Notes: generated by a model from the sequence alone, not told the origin. 53,796 bases of DNA from Dimargaris cristalligena (GCA_003614675.1 ML002264.1:1-53796), one strand, 5' to 3'. Counted from the first letter of the stretch, positions 37,502-49,896 are shown. Made by a program: numbers and translations.

Positions 37502-38830
37502 ATGGCCAATAAGACCACCGTAAGTAATAACCCTCTGTCGTGTAGTTTTCGTTAGTCTCTGGGCCCTGCTACATCAGTATATTTGATCTTTGGGGCCACT
37601 GGGTGCCGGTTGGGCGACTGTCTAGGGTATGCTACTTTAACAGCCTGGTGTTCCTCCAAAGATGTGTTCTTGGGGGGAAGATCAACAACTGTGATTTTAT
37701 TCCTGGTCGGGCTGGATTTCTGCCATGGTGAATCATGGCTATCCTTGATAGTCCCCGTCGCTGGGCCTTTCTCAATGCATAGCCCAGTGATAGCCCCCAT
37801 GTCGGGGCAATGCATTTTTGGCGCCTTCTTCCTAGCTGTAGCTTCAATTCACCATGTCCTTTTTTATTCCGGTTGAATGCCTTCTTCTTTCAACCCACAG
37901 GGTATCATTTACCAACTCGTCATTGACGAGGTGATTAGCGCAGTCCAGCGGGAATTCGAAGACCACGGAGTCGATGAGTCTGTACTACAGGAACTGCAGC
38001 GGTCTTGGGAAGCCAAGTTAATAGAGTCCAGAGTGGCCGAGTTCCCGCATGCGGTGGGGGAGGAGACCTATTACGAGGAACCGGAGCCAACCCTTCCCTA
38101 CGACCAGGACTACCAACCACCACCCAATCTGCCCGCTGCCGAAGAGCCCTATAACTCAGCCTACATCCCCTCTCTGGGCCAGGTCTTACCGGCCGGGCCT
38201 ACTGCAGCGGCTAGTCTAGTGAGCCTTGCCTCTTCCGCGTCTGCCGCAAGTCGAAGCGGGGTGCCTCCCAGCAGTGGTGGGCCGGCTCATCCCCAGACGA
38301 CCCATTCCGCGGCCTCCGCCGGCGGCGTTCCCTCATCGACTTTAGGTAGCGCCGATGGTGTCCCTCCATCGGCCTATCCCGCCGGAACGGACCCCGAGTA
38401 CGGCCGGCCACAGCCCTTCATGCAGCCACGGGCTCCCCCCAGTGGTGGAGGGGGCAGTGGAGAACCACCCGCTAACGGTACCGGGGGTCACATTCCGCAA
38501 CACGACGGTGCCGACGACGATGAACGGCCCTCGGCCCCTTCGACGATTCGGTTTACTGCGTATATTCCCCAAGTCGACGGTGATTTTGACGACGGTTTGG
38601 AACCGGAAGCCGACGAGGATGCGATTAATTCAGATCTGGATGATTCCGATGACGAGGAGGCGAATACCGACCAGGCGGGCGGGGAAGATACGGAGCATAT
38701 CATCCTGTGCCAATACGACAAAGTGGGTCGCCAAAAGAACCGGTGGAAGTGTGTGCTGAAGGACGGCATCCTTCTGATTGACGGCAAGGACTACCTCTTC
38801 CACAAGGCCACCGGTGAATTTGAATGGTGA
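37502..38830 (+). CDS. TOA1: Transcription factor IIA large (alpha/beta) subunit (~315 aa, 2 exons)
   Basis: Micro-exon 37502-37519 (MANKTT) with GTAAGT donor, exon 2 from 37901 (GIIYQLVIDEVI...GVDESVLQELQRSWEAKL). C-terminus INSDLDD...IILCQYDKVGRQKNRWKCVLKDG..GKDYLFHKATGEFEW. Confidence 0.95.
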
Positions 38831-39432
38831 TTTGCCCCACTTCATGTATCCATAACCGCGCAGACCCACAGGCCTCTGCCTCCTTATTATTTCATTCATT
38901 TCTCCGTACCAGTACCATTTTCCAATCCCCATTTCTATCTATTCACTGTCTGCCCGACATATGCCCCCAACGAGAGATTCGCTCGCCCCCTCCCTCCTTT
39001 CCACTATACTATATTCCGTATCGTAAACCTTTCTGATCAATGTCTATTCTTCCTAAGTCATTTTATTATTAGTAGTATTCGCGAACCCCTCTGCCCCTAA
39101 AAAAACCAAACAAATTATTTCCTTCATTTCTACTCCTTAGTTTCAGCTCAACTCTGACTTTTGTGAGTGAATACTAGTTTTCAATGTTCTTTGGTTAATA
39201 TATTTGCTAGATCTTGGCCATTCTGTTCTTATTAGCTGGCCCTGGTCTTGCAACGTGTACTTACTTTCAACATGTCCCATCCGTAGGCCATTCATATCAG
39301 ACTGGTATAGTAAAGCACTTGGTTACCATCAACTCAAACGATCGGTGTCAACTTTATTGATTAATCAGTACTAATGGTACAAACCTCGACTAGGCTAACT
39401 TGTCCAGGCTGCAGCGGTAATTGTATTTCGGT

Positions 39433-40159
39433 TTACCGTCGCTGCTTAACGGTATAGAGAAGACCATCCTTGAGTGCGATTTTCACCTGATGTTTTTCAT
39501 AGCTCACTAGCGGGACAAGTGCGATTGAATAAATAGAGAATCAAATAGAGCTACATTAAGAAATGATATGGATGAAATTCAAACCAGCTGTATAAGGTTT
39601 TACAATATACGTGTATGGGCGAATATATGTGAGAATAGCTTTTAACCAGTAATATTGGCCTCATCCAATGGATTTTTCATTATACAGCCTGAATGAACTT
39701 CTCCCATATCAACTGAACAGTGGGAAAGTCTTACTGGCTGTGCCCAGGCCTAGGCAGAGGAGTTTAAGGGAAGGTGTATGCTATAATACGTGCCTCGAAG
39801 GGTACCCAAAAGAATGGGTGCGAGGGCTTGGGTTGGGGGGTGTCAATAGCCCGTGGACAAGCACACTGTAATAGTGCTATATGGTACTACTTACCGATAA
39901 CCGACTCCAGAGACTCGGCGGACTTTCTTTCCTTATCGTCCTCGCCAGTCCCTAGGAAGGCCGAGCCAGTGCTGGAGGTGCAGTCCACGAATTGCTGGGC
40001 TTCTTCGGCCACGTCCACCAGGTTGGCCGCAGTGGGCAGTCCTTTGAAGTCGCCCGCCGCTTTGATAATGAGGCCGTCTTCGTTGGCGACGAGCGTCCCG
40101 GTTTGGCCTGGACTGCTGGTTAATGCACGGAAGGCTGAGGTCAGAGCGGCGTGGTCCAT
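39433..40159 (-). CDS. Roadblock-fold Ragulator subunit, LAMTOR4-like (~112 aa, 2 exons)
   Basis: Exon 1 40159-39895 (..LTSSPGQTGTLVANEDGLIIKAAGDF..), GTAAGT...CGCTAG intron, exon 2 39506-39433 (VSYEKHQVKIALKDGLLYTVKQRR*). The pattern resembles LAMTOR4 (P.Q.GxLV..dG.v..ssGD and C-terminal beta strands ending in VK). Confidence 0.7.
39564..39711. repeat. Dispersed ~150-bp fold-back element, copy 2, inside the LAMTOR4-like intron
   Basis: Same orientation as copy 1 (203-354), ~84% identical core. Ends TGATATGGATGAAATTCAAACCAGCTGTATAA ... TTATACAGCCTGAATGAACTTCTCCCATATCA are imperfect inverted repeats. Confidence 0.8.
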
Positions 40160-40780
40160 AGTATTGATACGGGTCAGGGGCGGGTAAGTAGGTGTGGGGG
40201 GGGGTCGTTCTTTTATTTAGTAGCCTAGAATAGAGAGGGTGGGGAAGTGTAGACAAGGGGAATGCCTAGGCAATGGGAGCGGAGACGAGGACGAGGATGG
40301 AAGGGAATAAGAGGTTTAGGGTTATGAGGATAGGTTAATAATGGAACGGTTAGTGGAAGCCCAATGGCTCGTAGAAAGAGATAAAGGCAGTTAGTAAATG
40401 TACCTTCAAATGGAGAGAAAAGGGCAAGGCAACACAGGAAGCTAAAGGGCAACTGCTCGGTTGTCGGCGTCAGCGAAATGAGAAGCTGATTTGGGTATAC
40501 TTAGCTAGGTCCAAAATTTCTAAAGGAATCCATCGACTGTTTTCTACACTGAGGCCCCATGTACTCTCCCAACTCATACCGGCAAACCGCTACAGCATCC
40601 GCCCCTCCTCACACTAACTAACCTATTCCCTGTTCTGATTAAGGCCATTTCGCTTATTTCTCTACTTTTTACCCCACCAGGTTCATTGACTTTCCCTTTG
40701 GCCCGATTTCTGCTTTCCGATTTACTACCCTCTATTCCAGTTAACCCTTCAATTCCCACTCCATATACCAAGCCACCACC

Positions 40781-41905
40781 ATGTCGCTCGAAGCCCAACT
40801 CGAGACTATCAGCAAGGAATTCCAGAAGGTTCAGAATGGTGAGTAACACCTAATATATTATAACCCCCCTCCCCAGTCGGGTCCGTCCGTAATCTACCCT
40901 CCTTCGCCAATCACTTCGCCGAACATACTGTCGGCCAGCCGAAACTTTCCCAATTTTACCGACCTCTGTAATACCTAACTCCGCCGCTTATTGTACGATA
41001 AACCTATTTTCATTTTCGGGAATGCTTTGACTCTCGTCGCATGTCTACTTTATAGACCTTTCCAAAGCCATCAATAACCAGCAGAAGCTCCAGTCGCAGT
41101 TGCAGGAGAACGAAATTGTTCAAAAGGCAAGGTCATTATAATATATACCTCAAATCACCCCCCCATGACCTGGGCCATATTCTTAAATTGTAGAACCGCA
41201 AATCACCCACCGCTGAATTACCCGAATCAATGTTTAGTAGCTGAAGTAGTATTATCCAAATAGAAGGAGCTCCCTAATATCTGCTGACATCCCAAAAACT
41301 CATTTGTAATACCAATTTTAATACATTACTTTCTACCTACAGGAATTCAAACTGCTGGAAAAGGACGCCAATGTATTTAAGCTGATCGGCCCCGTTCTCG
41401 TAAAGCAGGATCAGGCCGAGGCCAAAACTAACGTCGACAAACGTATCGAATATATCGCCGCCGAAATGTAAGTGACATGCTTTCCCAGCCTAGGCATTTG
41501 ATATACCACCCGCCTTTTAACTAAATATTCCTCAATTGACTACCAGGCCATGTCCATTATACCCCTGACATTGTTAGCCCTGGCTTATACCATATCTACC
41601 CCACTGTAATATATATTCTACTTATCATGAATCTCTCAGCAAACGGGTTGAGGGTCAAATCAAGGACCTCAGCGAACGGCAAGATAAGAAGCGCCAAGAG
41701 GTAAATCACAAAAGAATACCATGTTTTCTCTCACTAGATGCCCGGCATTTCCCGCCTACTATTTAATATAAAACCACCTGATATCCCCAAGCTAACCAAT
41801 GTCTCTGCCATCAATTATATACCGGGGAAACCTCTGTTATATGATTACTTCACTAATTAGCTTCAAGAAATCCAGATCAAATTCCAAGAGAGCAAGCAAA
41901 AGTAG
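40781..41905 (+). CDS. PFD6: Prefoldin subunit 6 (beta-type; ~119 aa, 5 exons), missed by the ORF track
   Basis: Exons 40781-40838, 41056-41126, 41343-41467, 41640-41700 and 41861-41905 give MSLEAQLETISKEFQKVQNDLSKAINNQQKLQSQLQENEIVQKEFKLLEKDANVFKLIGPVLVKQDQAEAKTNVDKRIEYIAAEIKRVEGQIKDL...QESKQK*. The FKLIGPVLVKQ hallmark is present. Intron 2 is GC-AG. Confidence 0.93.
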
Positions 41906-42186
41906 ACCGATGTCAACTACTGCTCATTATGTTAACCCTCACTCGGTTAAGCTGCCTTTCGTCACTCTGTTTTTCCTATTATATGGATTTAGTCCCCACC
42001 ATGCCATATTTGGCATTATGATCTTGCATAATAATATCTGGTTTATCTTTAGTATTCCGTCAATGCTACTACAAGCTCAAAATCCAATAAAGGCCCGGGG
42101 TGAACCGTAGAGAATTGGGGAAACTGAGACAAGGCTACCTATATACATTGATAAGCCATGAGGGGGTATCAAGCCCGGGATAGCTT

Positions 42187-43914
42187 CTAGGGACAGATAC
42201 GTTTAGCCAGACGCAGGACTGCCTGGATTTGGGCCTGCGTGGCACCTACATTGGCCGCCCCAATCATGTGACCTTTCAGAACCGTCGGAGTGTTTTGGAC
42301 CGCGATCGAACCGACTGCGATCAGCTCGGTTTCGATCCCGTTGAGAATATGCTCAGGTGAGAGGATTCTGCCATAAATGTCTAAATAGCGTACATCAAGG
42401 TAGCCCGAATCCCGTGTTCGAATGTGTATAGAGCATTATAATTTAGTATACAGGGGTGACGAATGGCTGTATATGGCTGATTGCCAGTGGGTTAAAAACC
42501 GATCTAGTAGGGCGATGATGGGTGTTTAATATTGTACATTACCGTTAACCGCCACCTCGGCCAGGTCAGGATAGTATTTTTTCAAATCAGAGGCGACTTT
42601 CTCGGCTAGTTGAAGAGGATTGTTTGGCCAATACGACATTGCATGTCATCATAAAAATGTACAATGTAAACTACAGTTAATATGCCGAATTGCGACATAG
42701 TATTTTTTGGGTTCACATTCAACATGGCGGTTCCATTAGTCCAGATAATTAGATACCATGCTAAGACCTGTATAAAATACCTCTATGCTTGTACACGCGA
42801 TCGAAGAAGCGCTGACCGGATTCTATGGTTTCGCGCAAATACGTTGCCTCATCTTGGTGGGGTTTGAAGCCTCTGTAATGACGTAAAGAGGGGTAGATTG
42901 CATATTATATAACGAGCATAAACTCACCCAAGCGGTATCGGTAGGGTAATATATTAGAGACAATAGTTTGGTATTTTGCTTGCATTCATATTACCGATCG
43001 ATCACTAAGTACGAAAAACTTACCGCATAGATGATTTGGAGAGGAGTTGCTGGAGTTCAGGGTCCACGGCTTCCATACAGTAGGCCATGGCCGTAATGGA
43101 CTACACATTAAACAAAAAGGGGACATACCAGGTGGGCAATGAGTTACTCTGATCACCAACATTCACTATAAAAAAAATGAAAAACCATGGTACATGGATT
43201 CCTTGGAATATAGGAATCGCTGGGGGTAATAATATAGTCTTGCACGATGCCCGGTGGACGAATACAAATCAGTGAACATTTTACCTTGGGAAAGCCGCAG
43301 AAGGCACACGTTTTAAGAATCGTTTCACGGACCCGCTGAATAGCCCGGACCTGCTCCAGGATAGTTTGGTTGGATTCGACGGAAGGAGATGTATTGGTCG
43401 AGGACGACGACTCGCTCTGAAGTCCGGCTGCCTTGATAAGAGCCAGCTGTTGGGCCATTATGGACCGAACCTTTTTGGGCTGGGAAAGGGTTGTATAAAT
43501 GGATACCTAAGGTGGTGCAATCATATACAGGGAACCGCCATGTCCCGGGTTTGGCGAAATTAAGCGAGTTAGTTTGAGCTCAAGACCGAAGTGTCACAGG
43601 TCTGGGCTTTCATTAATGGGCTTGCCATAAATATTACCAAATGGGGCCCCTCTGACCATCAACGGTTAAAATGTAGCTCCAAAACCCTTGATAATGACTA
43701 CAATACACCACTGGAGGAAGTTGGTTGCCCCAAGGCCAAAGCTCTATTATACACTAGCAATGTCAGTTAAGGGGTTGCGACTAATGAACTATAGGCCGCT
43801 GCTTCAAACACCTAGCCGACCTACCCATTGTTAAATGGGTGGGGTTTGTGAGAGACCTACTTCAACAAGCGGGAACAGGGCTTGGCCAAGCACCATCTCT
43901 TCGGATTCGGCCAT
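42187..43914 (-). CDS. AhpD/carboxymuconolactone-decarboxylase-like protein (~233 aa, 6 exons; start uncertain)
   Basis: Exons 43914-43861, 43506-43285, 43100-43024, 42872-42781, 42605-42543 and 42380-42187, all GT-AG and phase-consistent. Motifs RVRETILKTCAFCGFPKSI, SGQRFFDRVY, YPDLA, IYGRILS...ETELIAV...KGHMIGAANVGATQAQIQAV. An in-frame acceptor at 43947 allows extra upstream exons. Confidence 0.8.
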
Positions 43915-45225
43915 GGTGAATTCGGGTATAGGAGGGGAGGGGCTGGACTAAGTTACAGGTGGGTAGAAAGGAAGTGTTTCACGTAGAATTTGGTATACTA
44001 TAAATTTATGGGTAGCAAGCAACAGGAACTGGGCCAAAGAATAATAGCGGTAGCTGGGAAAAAAAGTACCAGGGGAAGGATAGTGGTGCTTTTATAGAGG
44101 TGGCTGTCATTCCCCCCAACAAACGTAGCCGCCCTCCCCCCCCCCCCCCCCATATGGCAGTCACCGCGCCTTCCACTAACAGGTAAGCGACCAAGTGGGC
44201 CAAGGGCATCCAATGATGCTTGGGTACTCGGCGGGGTGCTGGGAAGTCCACCAGTCCTATTCCTTGCCCCTTCTTCACATTGCCTGTCAGTCGTTGATGT
44301 ATGAAACGTATAAGTTCGGCAATTAGGGCACTTCTTCCCGCATCCCCACCCAACTGGATCTATCATAAACAGCAGTGTCTACTGAATAATTAAAACCTGT
44401 TATTAATCTGACCACCCCTGGTTTTCTGGGCCAAATTGATGGTGTAGGTCCACAGCTAAATGTAAGCCCGGTATTAACCTTGCCGTACACTCTACAGTAA
44501 TTCAACCCTTTGGACGACTTGGGTGTAAATGGCAGTATGGGTGACTGTGTAATTAAGAGGGTCTTTAAATAACCCATTTAGTCCAGTCGTCGCAAAATGG
44601 CGGCTGAAGGGGTTAACTGAAGGTCATTTATAGGCAACTGCGTTAACTATACATCTACTAACCTTATTTCCAGGTGACTACGATACAGCGGCCACAAGAT
44701 ACATGCGATTACATACTGTGACCCTTAAGCATCAACGGATCCGATTGATTTGGCAATATCTTTGGGTGAAAATTACCTAACAGAAAACACTGGTATACCC
44801 AACAAGCGTATGCTTCATCTAGTCAGCTTGGTGTCGAGTGGACACGGTCCGACTCTCTATCATTGATGGACCGTCTCATCTACAGAGCCATTCATTAAAA
44901 GCCCCATTAATGATAAACCAGCGCCTTAACGAGGTAATTAATTATATAATGACTGCTTATTAAACAACCTATATAGACAAATGAAAAAAATGACTAACCA
45001 GCCGAGAAGATGGGTCGGTCGGGTCTTACGTATCTAAAAATACAACTAATTTATAAATATATGATCGGATGGGCCGCCTGCTTAATACTAATGGGAAAAC
45101 TCCGTAAAAATGCTTACAGACTTGGAAGCTAGTAGACCGCTACGATATGCCGGTCCTATGAGTTTGGATTGTATTTCACCGATTGTTCCATGGAATTGAT
45201 AGTCGTTGGAGGCGGACCAGCCAAT

Positions 45226-47439
45226 TTACCCGTACCATTTGCCCGATACATTAGCAACCGACTGGGCGCGTGTGGGTATAATAGATTCGGTGATTTCGTA
45301 CACTCGAATGAGCTCCTAATTACACCAAATTATGTACCAACATAGGATTTGCGTTAGATATAAAAAAAATGCTAAATAGAATACAAGAATTGCAAATAAA
45401 GGGCCTTATGGGAGAAAGTTGGCACCTCCAACTGTCGATATAAATGACTAGGCTAAAAAATGGTAAATTACCTTCCAAGTTGGCTGATCCAGTTCCATGA
45501 CCAGTTGCTTCTTCACAAGCCCCTCGGCGTAGTCCTTTTGTTCAGGGGGTAAACAACTCTCTAAAGGATCAAGATCGAGGGTATAAACATAAAATTTAGT
45601 TAGGTGGGAAATTTGACACTTGAGACATGTCGACAACTAATCGCTAGTAGGCCAGTGCAGTAAAGGACCGCACATCGCACCAATGGCATACAAGTTACTA
45701 TCCATTGAGGCAACTTACCTAACATTGGTTGACCACTTTCATCATCAATATAGGCCTTTCCGTCACGGATAAGGAACGAGAGATAAAAAAAGTTTTCGAC
45801 CGTTTGAGAGAATGATTCGGGGTTGATGATAAACTCAAATAAGTTAACTGGGCCAACGTTTTCTAAGATTTCGAAAATGATTTTGACATTGTTGGTCGTT
45901 TCGTTTTCCTGTTTATCGATGTCATTTTCTTCCAGCTGAGAAAATATAAGGGAAAAGGTGTACCAACGAATGGGGAGTGTGTGCATGAACGAATAAAGAG
46001 GAGCAGCGGGAGATGGGTTAGTGAGAGTAATAGGAGAAAAAAAATGAAAGTTCGCTGGTGGATGTATCGTATATACATGTAAAATAAATTATAGTCGATT
46101 CAATCGATTAATGAGACAATCACGTACCTGTTGGGGCCTCACCAAACTCTCTGAGTTTTTGGTGTGGCGAGGTTGGCGGGTCTTGGCGGAACTATGCACC
46201 CTAAGTTCGGTCATCAGCGGACCAAACCTGGAATTTAGGTAAATCGGTAATAGTGGATTTAGGAAAGTTGGGGTGGGTTAGAATAGTAATTAGATAACAA
46301 GATGGTGATTTATCAATACAACCGAATTCAAAATTAATATACATAAAAATATGTAGTGTTGTAGTGTACTTCGTATCTCCACACCAAGGGGAGGAAGTCA
46401 TTTCGGACAACACTTGCACATTGTTAAAAATGGGACTTCGCCGAAATATATAAATTGTCGAATTAACTCCAAAAGGCCCCCGTATGATCGACTGGTTTCA
46501 TAAAGAGACCAGTAAAGTATGAAGCAAGTATATTAGCAGCGTTATGGGCGTTGAAAAAATAATAATCGAGTACTTACATGAAATTTGACGCAGGAGCTCG
46601 CCGGGCATACTTGCTGGCAGTGATACCGAGTTTGGGCCAGTGATTTTCATAATCGGGGTCAACCGGGGTCTCTTCTAAGCCTTCTAATTCATGGGTGCCC
46701 TTGACGATGTGCTGGAGTTTAGTGAAGAAGGATTCAATATCGAAGGCGTCATGTTCGATTCTCATTTTTTTGGCCTTTTGGCTACCGATGTCCGCAGATA
46801 AAATCAATATTTTGGCGTCTAAGGTGGCTTCATACGTGTTCTTGACTACCAGGGTCAAAGCAAGGGATTAGATTGATGCAATAGATGACAGCCAATGTTA
46901 GTGTATCATGACCATAACCAAGCGAGATGACGCGTACTTAATTGGTTTTCACTCCGAGGAACATTAATATCTCGTATGATGGAGTTGGTTCAACCGTAGT
47001 TACCTTTATCGTATAATGAATTGGCGCTGCGAAGACCTGACACCAGGCTACTGGCGTCTGATTCGACCAGCTCCGTCCGATGCTCTAGAAGTTAATGGTC
47101 GCGGCAATCAACGGAAAAGGGGGTGCAATGAATTCGATAGACATAGTTTGAGTCAGCACCGATCAATCAATATATATATATATAAATCACAACACTGGGT
47201 GAGTAATGTACCGCTCGCACCTTCAGCCATGATTAATGGTGGTTAAGTAGTCGCATAGTTTAGGTGGGTTTGGCTTGGTTCGGTCAGTTACCTTCGGTTT
47301 TTTGAATTAGTTGACGGTATTCTCGCCGCAGCCAGCGCTTCTCCTGGACATCTTGTTTAGGATCAAACACCCGGGAGTCGACCATGTCGTTTAGCTGGCT
47401 GGACCGACTCTCTCGCGGACTCTGGGCATTGGGGGTCAT
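45226..47439 (-). CDS. NSE4: Smc5/6 complex kleisin subunit Nse4 (~330 aa, 7 exons)
   Basis: Exons 47439-47292, 47084-47004, 46845-46578, 46227-46128, 45935-45719, 45560-45472 and 45315-45226. Motifs RREYRQL, VKNTYEATLDAK, FMFGPL, NLFEFIINPESFSQTVENFFYLSFLIRDG, W.ELI..Y.I.ES.IP.R...KWYG*. Confidence 0.92.
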
Positions 47440-49038
47440 GGTTGCTAGAGTGGCCTTGGCGGACAAGGAGTAATGTTATTATTAGGAAAAAGGGGAAATG
47501 TTAATGAATCCGAGAATGGGGAATAAATCAGTATTGGTTGAATGTCGAATTCGTAATACAGGGGGAGGAGAATCGTAGAGGGAGGGCCAGTGGCAAATAG
47601 TCGGAGATTTAGCGGAACATACTTTCCATGAACATTCCCCAAACGGGGGTTGGTGGGAAGGTTCGCCCCATTCGCAGTGGCCCTTTGAACGCCTGTGGGA
47701 GGTACAACAATAACATTGTGGAATTATGGCTTCGTAACGATACTGGCAAAACCCCTGCCCCAGTATTAAACTGATTTCCAAAGAAGGTTCATTTTCCCTG
47801 TGTCGTCGACGACACCTACAAGGTTGTAAAGACTGTGAGCCATTAAGCTAGTCGCTATCAGTAAGCACAGTTATAGAGACATGTCGCCGTGTATCCCATC
47901 CATTGGCTCCATTTTGGACATCACACAGATTCAATTAAAATGGTTCGCTATTTCATATTAGTGCGGAGTTGGCTGTTTACCATGGAAGGGTGGCCCTTAG
48001 TCAAGCCTAGGACCCGCAATTATGCTGATATCACCCCGATTACCCAAATATCGACAAGATTGTCGTCAAATTATTGAAGACCGACAACTAGGTTTACCCA
48101 GCCCTCCCCATGATAAAAGAGCGTTTCCAAATGGGACCATGGTTCCTCCAAATTAACCTTAAATGTCAGAATAGGCGTCATAGTATTATTGGAGTAGGAG
48201 TTGGCGAAAGGCGCCAATCTTAATAAACTGCCCAAACGGGTGCTGAGAATGAGTTGCTATAGGCGGATTTTCTCTCAGAGGCGAGTGAATGGCGTGGAGG
48301 TAAATATAAGGGGATTGGCAGAAAACTAACCAAAAGCTTCAGATAGCTCGTGTTGACCATTTAGTCCATAGTAAACCAGTTTTTGTGTACTCCCTTCCAT
48401 ATACCGAATGGTCATCCAGCAACACTTCCACTCTACATACTGAGGCTGGGAAGGGATTGTCTCGCTAGAAAGGCGCAGCAAATCTAGTACTGTATACCAA
48501 AACAAGCTAGGCGAGGATCTTTTCAAAAACCAATGAACATAAAATTAAGTAACAACAGCTCCAATAGCGAAACCAATCAATCGGCCTTCAATATGGGCTC
48601 CCTCCCCCTCTTCCGCTGGGCCAGCCGGCCGTGCCGGACTTCGAATTCCTGTTCCAACCCCGACCGGTTATTCGCCAACCCATCTCGGAAACAATAGACT
48701 TCCCTAAAGTATTATCGGAGCTGGGATTTTATTTTATTTTATATAGATATTAGTACCGGAGTTGGGCAGTTACTAGGCGAACATGTAGCATGAGTCAGAT
48801 TTAATAAATTGAATTAAGGGTCTATTAACTTCCAGACAAACTTAGGGGAAGAAAGGAGGCATTCCCCGCTTAACCCGGCTTGCAGGTGAAGGATAAAAAT
48901 AGAGGGGGGGAGCCATCCAAGAGGGTGCGCGCCATTCTAATTATTGAAAGGAAGTGGAGATAAAATATAAAAATAAATAGAAAAACACCGATGTTTCTGT
49001 ACGACGAATAACAAGACAGGGGGGGCAATGGAAGAAAA

Positions 49039-49896
49039 TTAAAGCAGGCGGCCGAAAATGTAACTGGCACCAAGGGCACCAGCGAAAGAAGCCAATGAGA
49101 GGGAGGCCTGGGCAGCCCCGCTGTCGGTAATGGCCGAAGGGTCGGACGAAGCGGCCGTTTGGGTGGTACGGGTGGACGAAGCCTTGGGGGAGGAAGAGGC
49201 AGTGGAGCGAGCGGAAGTAGTGGCGGTGGCCTTGCTGGAAGTGGCCGTGGCGGAACCAGTCTTGGACGGAGACTCTTCGTCGGAAGAGGTGGCCTGGGAG
49301 GAGGCGGAGTCGCTCTCGTCGGCGGTTTGGGTCTGGGAGGGAGCGGCGGACTCGGTTTCGGCTTCAGTGGCGGATTCGACGGCCGAGGCGGAGGAGGCCC
49401 CAGTCGGGACATCGGACGACTTTTCGGACGAAACGGTCTGCTCGGACTGGCGGACTTCGGAACCCGAGGCCAACGCATCAGCCTTCTTTTGGGCTTCGGC
49501 ACCGGTACCCAAGGGGGTCCAGCTATCGCCACCATCGACACTAGCGCGAGTGGACCAGTTGTTCAAGTCGCCTGACACGAACTGGACAAAGTACATACCC
49601 TTGGGGAGGTTGGCGGGGGGAGTGAAGGTCAGGGTGGTCTGGTCGATGGGGACGTTGGCAGCAATGGTGGCAATGGTCTGCTGGTCGGTGTCGCCACCGG
49701 TCTTGAGGAGAGCGGTGTAGGTCTTGCCGGGGGCGGACTCGCCGGTCACCGGCTTGGCTTCCCACACGATGGTGGTGGACTGACCGGGCGTCCAGGCCTC
49801 GCCGTAGGCAAGGTTAGTGGTGTAGAAGTAAGCCTGACCAGCCTGGGTCAGGGCGGCAATAGCCAGGGCGAAGGTGGACAGAGTGTAGGACTTCAT
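49039..49896 (-). CDS. Ser/Thr-rich GPI-anchored cell-surface protein with Kre9/Knh1-like N-terminal Ig-type domain (285 aa)
   Basis: Signal peptide MKSYTLSTFALAIAALTQAGQA; W..G...TI.W ... P..LP.G.YFVQF ... NWS.R domain; long S/T/A/E stalk; omega-like DSGA followed by a hydrophobic tail. Confidence 0.85.
   Translation of the reverse strand: MKSYTLSTFALAIAALTQAGQAYFYTTNLAYGEAWTPGQSTTIVWEAKPVTGESAPGKTYTALLKTGGDTDQQTIATIAANVPIDQTTLTFTPPANLPKGMYFVQFVSGDLNNWSTRASVDGGDSWTPLGTGAEAQKKADALASGSEVRQSEQTVSSEKSSDVPTGASSASAVESATEAETESAAPSQTQTADESDSASSQATSSDEESPSKTGSATATSSKATATTSARSTASSSPKASSTRTTQTAASSDPSAITDSGAAQASLSLASFAGALGASYIFGRLL

Noticed and set aside
43998-44366. Two 115-122 aa minus-strand ORFs upstream of the AhpD-like gene
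   Set aside because: They run through a poly-G tract, start at non-ATG codons and show no homology cues. I could not splice them convincingly to the downstream gene.
48870-49720. Overlapping 223-aa (-) Pro/Arg-rich ORF and 196-aa/138-aa (+) ORFs
   Set aside because: Alternative-frame and antisense shadows of the Ser/Thr/Ala-rich GPI protein.
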